A DNA stretch of 64,000 nucleotides, taken from Macrostomum lignano (lineage: Eukaryota). Each line of letters opens with the position of its first letter. Position 1 is the stretch's first letter. Made by a program: the position numbers and the translations under genes. This document shows, in pieces, positions 55,433 to 64,000 of this stretch. The notes beneath the pieces were generated by a model. It was not told the DNA's origin, did not search any database, and worked only from the letters and a program-made list of their open reading frames with translations. The stretch is taken from NCBI GenBank assembly GCA_002269645.1, contig NIVC01001994.1, positions 1 through 64,000 on the forward strand. Reading direction: 5' to 3'.

Positions 55433-57204
55433 ATTGTCCGATTACTTAGCAAGAATATCTCAATAGTTGAGAAACCACCAGAGTTTGCGCAAATCGCCAA
55501 AAGTACATGCACAGCAATGAAAAAGCTATTATAGAAAAATAGTATGAGTCGATTAGGGCAGCATAAAGTACAATTAGCTAGGGGTTGCATTGTAGTTAAG
55601 TGTAGCAGCAGTAACAGATAAAGCATGACCATGCTTATTACAAAAGTAATATGATCGCAGAACAAAGAGAATTATAACATGCACTCCTATCGCAGGCCTA
55701 TAATTTCCCGTTAAACTTGCAGTTACAAATAATTGAGCCAATTCTAAATGATGGAGGACGTCATGAACAGGACACAAATTGCTTGTAAATGTAGCTATTT
55801 GATCTGCCATACTAACTGCAAATAGTAATAATTGAATTAGCTCTTATCTTAGTAATACATACGGTACATGTAATCGATCCCATGGTTTTATGATTGATGG
55901 AGTATGGATATGTATTGTTTCTCCTTCATGATAGTAATTCATGAAAGTATAGCTGCAGGGGACGAGAGAATCTGCAGACATTGTATAGCTAGTATAGTAT
56001 ACGCTGTTTGGAGGGTATATAGGATTCTGAAGGTACTTCTCATTTAAACATAGTGGCTTCATATTGGGTATTGCTCAACTATTGTAGTGTAGACTAGCAG
56101 TCAAGGGATATTTCTGAGATTATCTAGCACACAAGGGGTATTTCTCAACTAGCCTAGTTTAGAAAGCGAGGGGTATTTCTTAACTAGCTTTAGTCTAGAA
56201 AGCGAGGGGTATTTCTCACTGCACTCATATAAAATGTAAACGTGAAATTTACAGCTAGGCATAGAATTAAAAGCTTGTTCACTTATATCGTCGCATTTTC
56301 AGACAACTTTCGAGGCATTTCGTGTGCCTAAGTGCATTGGATAATATAGACATGGCAACTAACGCCCCTGAGGCCCAACCACAAAGGCGCAGTGAAGTGT
56401 ACATGCCTAACGATAAATAAAGTTAGGGCCGCTGTGCACTCCTGTGTGAGTGTTTACCTGTTCGTTTAATTATGGGCAGTAATTAATGCCTCTCGCCGGT
56501 TGTGTGACAATGTTGCTTATTACATGTAAAGTGCGCCAGGGTGCACATGCAGACGGCCACTAATTGAAAATAGAGAACACCACATGTAACCCAAAATGCA
56601 TGACGTAACTCACTTGAGCTTAATTAGTTAGACAAGCTTGCAAACAACACACGCACTCGCTGCTCCACTCAGTTGAGAAGTCCTAAGGATAAATATCTGA
56701 CTAGAAGTATCTAATCCGATGCAAGAGTTGCAGGAAAAATCGAAATGCTGCTACGCCCGAGGAACTTAATCTAGCTGTCTATCGCGTTATAATAATCCAC
56801 TTCTATGCTTCTCTGGGGACTTTCTACAAGCACGACTGCTCAAGTATATGATGCTGATGCAGCTGAAACACGTCAGCCAATGAATGGCACACTGGGCCAG
56901 CCTCCCAATGCCCCCATGCAATCCCTCTAGGCCAGCTAGATAAAAGACTAGGCCAATATAAAACAAATGTGAATTTGATAAAAATTCTTGATAAGAAATC
57001 TTCAAACTAAGATACGACCGCATCCGAAATGTTGAAAAGTTGGAAAAGATGACGCTAATGTTATTGAATACAATATATATTTCGATCCATCTTTAAAACC
57101 AATGACCCGTTTACCAATACATCGAAAAGACAAAGAATGAAATATACTACTAATGCTTTGCAGCGATAATCTTCCGCAGAATACATTTTTTAATAAAACC
57201 GACG

Positions 57205-57470
57205 CTCACGTGACCTACGATCATAGATAGCGATACTTGGTCATCACGTGACCTATTTCAAAGATGGAGATACTTGATCATCATATGACCTACTTTATAG
57301 ATAGCAGCACGTTATCAATGATTATCACGTGACCTACTTTATAGATAGCGATACTTGATTATCACGTGACCTACTTTATAGATAGCGATACTTGATTATC
57401 ACGTGACCTACTTTATAGATAGCGATACTTGATTATCACGTGACCTACTTAATAGATAGCGATTAGATCG
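57205..57470. repeat. 37-bp tandem repeat (ATAGATAGCGATACTTGATTATCACGTGACCTACTTT)n with a CACGTG palindrome
   Basis: About 6-7 copies, degenerate at the left end. Confidence 0.9.
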
Positions 57471-57515
57471 TCACCTGATAAGAAGAAAAAATTATTATAA
57501 TCCAATAAAAATTAA

Positions 57516-60512
57516 TTAAGCAGAGTTAATCTTTCTAGCATCCATGGACTCCATTAGTAGCAGATCATGCTGCTCCTTCTGCTCTTGATGGTGCTGTTGC
57601 TGCTGCTGTGTAAGAAACACATCGCTAGTCTCAGCCGACAGTGACAGGCTGTTTCGCACTCTCAAGCTAGCAGACTCGTTATCCGGGTCAGTTGATAAGC
57701 TCAGGCTGCGGTACATGGGGCTGCCGCCAGTACCACCAGTAGCTGCCGACGACAGGCCCGAGTTTCTACTGTGTGACCCGAATGTGGCGGCATAGATCAA
57801 GAAGCAAGCGATTAGTACGCTGATTGCGTAAGCCGTGTGAGACAGATTCTCCTCTGCCACATATTTCTCCTCCTGTGTGACAATGGCATGTTGAGGAGGG
57901 TATTAATGATCTGTGAATGATTACTGATGCTTTTTAGTGAGCTGTGAATGCTTACTGATGATTTTTAGTGAGCTGTGAATGATTACTGATGATTTTTAGT
58001 GAGCTGTGAATGCTAAATCTACAATTACAGGGATCTGTGAAAGCTAAACCTACAATTTTTGGGATCTGTGAATGCTAAACCAACAATTACAGGGATCTGT
58101 GAATGCTAAACCAACAATTACAGGGATCTGTGAATGCTAAACCAACAATTACAGGGATCTGTGAATGCTAAACCAACAATTACAGGGATCTGTGAATTCT
58201 AAACCTACAATTGCAGGGATCTGTGAATGCTAAACCAACAATTACAGGGATCTGTGAATGCTAAACCTACAATTACAGGGATCTGTGAAAGCTAAACCTA
58301 CAATTTTTGGGATCTGTGAATGCTAAACCAACAATTACAGGGATCTGTGAATGCTAAACCTACAATTACAGGGATCTGTGAATGCTAAACCTACAATCAC
58401 AGGGATCTGTGAATGCTAAACTTACAATCACAGGGATCTGTGAATGCTAAACCTACAATTTTAGGGTTTTGAGCTCACGCTCGGACCCCTACGGATAGCA
58501 GAGGACAATAATTAAGTAAAATTAAAATCACTCACAGTCGATAGCATCTCAGTAAGCCGAGGATTATGCGAGTACTTCAGCTTCAGTCTGGGCTGCCCAG
58601 AACTACAAAAGAACAAACTGGACCAGTACACAGTCTTGAATATGTACATGTAGGACATCCTCAGACTGGGCGTTGGATCTCCGCTAGACAGCAGACGTCT
58701 GGAGAGATCAAAGCTCGGGCTGCCGCACTGGCGGGGCGGCTTCGTTCGAGGGAAGATCGACTCGGGACCGACCATTTCGACGCAGATTTTGTCACGCTTC
58801 TTTGGCAACTGGGGTATCACAGCCGTGATGTTGATCACCTGGGGAGAGAGTTTATGTTAATAATACTTTAAACCAGTAATTTCAGATAACACAGGTAAAA
58901 TAAGAAAGAATCGACTCTATTTGACTCTTAAGCAACGAGATGTCACGGTACAAGAGAGGTCAAGTCGCTGTATAGAATCACTGAGTTGCGTCACTTTATG
59001 AATTAAAATCGCATTTCACTCCATTTAGTCTACTTGAGTTAGTAGAAAGTGAAGCGCTAACACAAACGACTATTTGCAAGACTTTTTTCGCGACTTGAGT
59101 TGTTAAAAAGAACGATTCTGGTCACGGTAACCTTTTTAATAATTACAATTTGGATCCACACACCTGATAAGCTGTACTTCGATCTCTAAGCCCCAACAGT
59201 CTGCCACTGATAGCTCCAATCAGTATCGAATAGTTCGACAGCGCGTGTCTCTGCTTATCGTCCAGCTCCACCCCAAGCAGCATGCGGTGCAGTTTCAGCC
59301 GCGGCTGCGCGTGAGCCACCGGCTGCGGCAAGTCGATGGCGCTGTCGCCGTCTATGGTGAAAGCCGACAGACGACGAATGAATGGATAAGACTTGTTGCC
59401 TGTCAGGCAGATCTCCATTGAGGCGAATCGTTCCAGGAATCTGTTCCAGTCCTGCGTGTGAAGGGTGGAGCAGACGAAGAGAGCGCTCTGAGTTTTGGGA
59501 ACTTGTTGGAATTTGGAATTTCTACAATTTTGGGAGATCTTAAGTTTTTGGATTCTTGGGGTGGAGTCATGAAGATTTGGGATCATGAGAGTTAGGATAA
59601 TGAGGATTTGGGTTCTTGGGATTTGGGATCATGGGATTTGTGATCATGGAATTTGGGATCATGGGATTTGGGATCATGAGATTTGGGATCGTGGGATTTG
59701 GGATCATGGGATTTGGGATCATGGGATTTGGGATCATGGGATTTGGGATCATGGGATTTGGGATCTTGGGACTTGGGATCAAGGAATTCGGGATAATGGA
59801 ATTTTTAATTATATGATTTTGTATCGTGGTTTCTGAGGGATTTGACATCATGGGATTTTGGAGCATAAGATCTATGATTATGCAATTTTCGGGATTTGAG
59901 ATCATGGGATATGAAATGATGAGATTTGCGATCATGGAACTCGGGATCATGGGATTTGGGATCATGGGATTTGGGATCATGGAATTTGGGATCATGGGAT
60001 TTGGGATCATGAGATTTGGGATCGTGGGATTTGGAATTTAGAATCAATAATATTTGATAGCTTGGGATTCAATATAGTTTTGGGATTATAAATTTTGAAT
60101 ATTCTTGGCTTTTTGATAACTTCAACTTGATTGAGTTCTGCGATAAATAATAGATTCTGTTTTGATCAAAGATAAGCATAGTAAGATTTGGGATTTCTAG
60201 TACTAGTGTCTTTTTGATTACAAAAAATTCTCAGATTTCAAATTGCAATTCTAAGTCTCAATGCCTACTGTCAGTAGCACCTCAGAGATAATGAATTATG
60301 AAATAATTAAGAATATAACCAACCTTAGTGGCATCAGGGTTCTGCATATCATTATACTGAATCCAGTAGGACAGAAACAAAAGTGCAGCAGCAAATATTA
60401 TTAAGTTAAATAAAAAAATGACAAGTGGTGGTCGAGAGTGAAAGAAATTGCGCAAATTGTTGGCACATTTGCTGCAACAGAAGAAAATCATAATTGCCAG
60501 CCAAGGATGCAC
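57516..60512 (-). CDS. TMEM248-like: TMEM248-like two-pass membrane protein; exons 60512(?)-60324, 59451-59164, 58838-58536, 57872-57516
   Basis: NLRNFFHSRPPLVIFL...NPDATK|DWNRFLERFASMEICL, FPRTKPPRQC and NLSHTAYAISVLIACFLIYA match TMEM248 as I recall it (ISSRPPLVVF...DWNTFLLRFNDLDLC...HLMHTSY). Phases are all 0; the start codon is uncertain. Confidence 0.85.
57909..58460. repeat. Two related 31-bp minisatellites (CTGTGAATGATTACTGATG... and CTGTGAATGCTAAACCAACAATTACAGGGAT) in the last TMEM248 intron
   Basis: About 3 + 15 copies sharing CTGTGAATG. Confidence 0.95.
59577..60035. repeat. 15-bp minisatellite (GGGATTTGGGATCAT)n in a TMEM248 intron
   Basis: Two blocks of copies; explains the MIPNP / GIWDH ORFs. 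Confidence 0.95.
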
Positions 60513-62449
60513 TGATGTGCTTTGCCAATCAGTACAGTTTATTTATTTAAGCATGAATCAAATTTAAATGAAGTTTTGAAATCTGATTTTAATCCTAATA
60601 TGACTGGATCTTCTAGTTAGACATTAAATCAAATAAAAAAATTGTTTCTTATTTGGCATCAATGAATCAATACTCCTTTCAATTGATTTCTCAATAATTT
60701 TATCACTTATATAAGTTATTATATATTGTTACTATTTTCCATATAATTTCCCTTGCTTGATTAAAATTATTTTTGATGGTTTTGTCTGCATATTCCATTT
60801 TGATAGGATTTAATTTTAAGAAATCAGGTAAAGTGGCTTGCTTGGCAAGCAAAAAAAACTACCTACCTACCTACAAAGTAGTTGTAGGTTAATAGTCCAA
60901 AAAGCGGGGCAAAGACCAATGGGCAGAAAAAAATAATGGGCTGAAGGGCATGCTGTTCAGATAGGCTGAGCTTGTGGCTCAAGATGTTGGTGATAGCCTG
61001 TGGGATGCTTCTATGCTGTTGCTTCTCCAGCCAGAGGTTTTGAACCTTTGTTTTCTGCCCATTGGTCTTTGCCCCACCCTATATACTATCAATCTTGAAC
61101 TACTTTGTACATACAAAATACTCACTAGCTACATTTGTTTCATTGACAAAAATTTATAAATTTGCTTTACTCACACCTTCATTTCAAACAATATACTTGA
61201 CAATACACCTTGGTATACAAAATGCATCATAACAACCTACATGTTGATTTTCAGCTTTCTTTTAGTTTTAAGAATAAAATTTTATGCAATTGAATATAAA
61301 AATAGTAAGCAACAACCATTTGTTGGTTGTTAGGTTAAAATTGCAAATAATATTTCAAGTGATATATATATTTTATATATCTAATATCCTATATACTAAA
61401 ATGAAAATCTTGCTTATATTACCTATTTATACAAAAGTAACTTAATAAATGTCTATATAAACAAATTGACAAAAATATAATATGTTATGATTATTATGCT
61501 TTTATAGTGTTAGTAGCATAGGCCTAGTATATATATAATCCTACATAGTATTGCGGCTATATAAGATTATAAAGAAGTGAAGTAGGGGGAAGTCCACACT
61601 CTGAATCATGTAGTATACACCCAAAACTTTGGGCATGCATTGGCCTTGCATGCCAAAAGTAGACATGCAGAGTTGGTGTGCATCATTCCTAAGAAAATAC
61701 ACCTGGCATGTACATAGAATCATGCAGAGTTATTGTAAAGTAGAAGAAAAGGTGGAAAAAGTTCTTTTTTAAGCATAAATTTCCTGCTTTCCAGGTTTTT
61801 AAGCTCGTAAAGGCATTTAGACAATTCTTTGCATGTATCAATTTTCCACTGTGAATAGTGTCACTAAAAAAGCAGAAAAAATTAACTAAATCATCTGTCA
61901 AAAGGGTCTATTATGCAATGAAAAGGGTCATTTATTGTCACAATGTAAAAAAGGTCATTTATTGTTGCAACACCAGCAGAGTTTTAAGAATGGCCATGCA
62001 CTCAATTTTTTGGCGTGCATTTGTAGGCCTAACTATTGATTTTTGTTTAAGCATGCACCCAGCATGATCCAGACTATGAGGGGAAGTGCATACAGTATAT
62101 ACTACTGAGAAGTAGAATGTTGGAAGGAGAAGAAATATACAGAGTAGATCTTGAAACAGATAAGGGCCAAGGGCCATGACCTTTTGATCTTGGTAATGCC
62201 TAGGACTAGAAATATATGCAATGTATTATGTAATATAACAATAGTAATTTAAATATACTAAATCTTCAAGTAATAGTAATATATCTGATTGTCAATAAAG
62301 TACTTTTAAATTCCATAATATTCTATTTTTGCCTGTTTTGGAACATTCTGGGACATTCTTAATGTAATGTACATATAAATAGTAGTGTAATGTGCATAAA
62401 AAACTACAATAGATAAAAAATTCTTTGCTCAACTATCTGAAATGCTGAA

Positions 62450-63651
62450 ATGGCGAAAGATACTCTGTACTCAAAAGACCTGCAGCAAATTCTGCTTTTC
62501 TATGACTATTGCTCTGGCAAGAATGCAAGACAATTGGCCACTGACATCAATGCTACTTTTGGTGCAGGAACCCTCACCCATCAGACTACCAACAATTGGT
62601 TCAGGCAATTCAAAGATGGAGATGAGGGCCTTAAAGACAAGCCCCACAATGGCCAGCTGGCAGAGCTTGACGACAGTGCACTTGAGCAACTGCTTGAGTG
62701 GGACACCCAGCAGACTACGCATGAGCTGGCCACGCAGCTAGGTGTGCATCATTCCACTGTTGCTGACCACCTTCACTGTCTGAACAAGAAACCAAAGCTG
62801 GGATGTTGGGTGCCCTACCAGCTGACTGGCACTGACAAGGACCGGCATATTGAGGCTGCCCTCACCATGCTCTCCTGATCCTGCCATCTGGATTGGCTGG
62901 ATGATGTGGTGACAGGTGACAAAAAATAGTGCCTCTACATCAACATCCAATGCGAGCAACAGTGGGTTGATTTGGATGCAAAGCCAGAGCGAGAGGCCAA
63001 GGCTGAACTATACCCCAAAAAGGTCATGCTTTCAGTCTTCTAGGACACGAAAGGAATCATAATGTGGGAGCTGCTGCCAAAGAACAATAGCATACATGCG
63101 CAACTTTGGGAATCACCTGGCCGTTTCTATTGGCAACACACACATGTAAGTCGCTATTGGCTGAGAGCAGTCACGTGACTACTATTCCGTCCAATAGCGA
63201 CTTACATGTGTGTGTTGCCAATAGAAACGGCCGAGTGAATCCCAAGGTTGCGCCCAAGCATGAACAATAGTATCAATGCTCCTTCTACCAGGAGCAGCTT
63301 GAGCGCCTGCAGCAGAAGCTGGCTGAGGTGCACCTTGAATGTTGCCAGGTCATCTTGCTGCATGACAATGCACCTGCGCACAAGGCACAGTTGACCCATC
63401 AGAAGCTGCTCCTCAAGCTATGAGTAGGCTGGGAGATTCTTCCCCACCCACCATACAGCCCAGATCTTGCACCTACCAGTTATCACATGTTTGCTGCCCT
63501 TGACCATTCTTTGGCCGGCCAGCAATTCAATGACGAGGACAACCTGACAAACTTGTTTGAGGGCCAGTGCCCGGGGTTCTATAGCCAGGGCATCCGCTCC
63601 CTACATACATGCTGGCAGATAGTTATTGACCATGATGGTGACTACATTTAA
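62450..63651 (+). mobile_element. Decayed mariner (DD34D-type) transposase pseudogene interrupted by a MITE; element probably spans ~62280-63735
   Basis: N-terminal HTH region, WVPYQL, VTGD, KKVMLSVF*D, LLHDNAPAH and HPPYSPDLAP..YHMF. Several in-frame stops and a frameshift; the third catalytic Asp appears replaced. TIRs are only weakly visible (CTGATTGT at both ends). Confidence 0.93.
63091..63262. mobile_element. 172-bp palindromic MITE with 8-bp TSD AACAATAG (hAT-like), inserted in the mariner ORF
   Basis: TSD at 63083-63090 and 63263-63270, CAT...ATG ends, and ~70-bp inverted arms with a perfect 42-bp inner stem. Removing it restores ELLPKNNSINA. Confidence 0.88.
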
Positions 63652-64000
63652 GATTGATAACCTTGTTGTACAGAAAAGTGTTATATTGAATAAACTTGTA
63701 ACAAATGTAAAAAAATGTCCCAACAATCAGGTATATACTGCTCAGGTCAAATTTGCATACAATGCTACTAGAATAACAGTGAGAATGCTAGAAATGCTAC
63801 CAATATAAGGGATAACTAATACTTAGAATAATACTGAGATAAATACTAAGAATAATTCTTAGACTAATACTCAGACATATACTTAGACCAATACTAAGGC
63901 TAATTCTAAAAAAGTATAGATTTAGCCTTGTTATAACTTGGTAACAGCATTTAAGGACATTTGCAACGATAAAAGCAAAATCCCTATGACAATTATAATA

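Overview
Eukaryotic (invertebrate animal) genomic DNA: spliceosomal introns, GC-rich Ala/Gly/Ser-rich exons and AT-rich introns packed with mini- and microsatellites. The style is reminiscent of a free-living flatworm such as Macrostomum, but that is inference only. I built multi-exon gene models by hand and checked splice phases. Families were recognised from remembered motifs; no database search was run. Recognised genes: synaptotagmin-14/16-like (+), 11beta-HSD1-like SDR (+), prokaryote-type SLC6/NSS transporter with a GC-AG intron (-), extended-SDR epimerase/reductase (-), SCHIP1-like (-) and TMEM248-like (-). Unrecognised genes: a 94-aa neuropeptide prohormone predicted to yield PFGPLFRPH-amide (+), a secreted 6-Cys protein (-), and a 4-TM protein (+) whose 5' coding exon sits inside an 8-copy 662-bp tandem array. 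Mobile and repeat content: a 3.7-kb foldback element with modular 151-bp subrepeats, TTAA flanks and a nested solo LTR; two tRNA-derived CORE-type SINEs; two palindromic MITEs with TSDs; a decayed mariner; and a 42-bp minisatellite family at three loci. Best leads are the neuropeptide precursor, the exon-containing 662-bp array and the foldback element.
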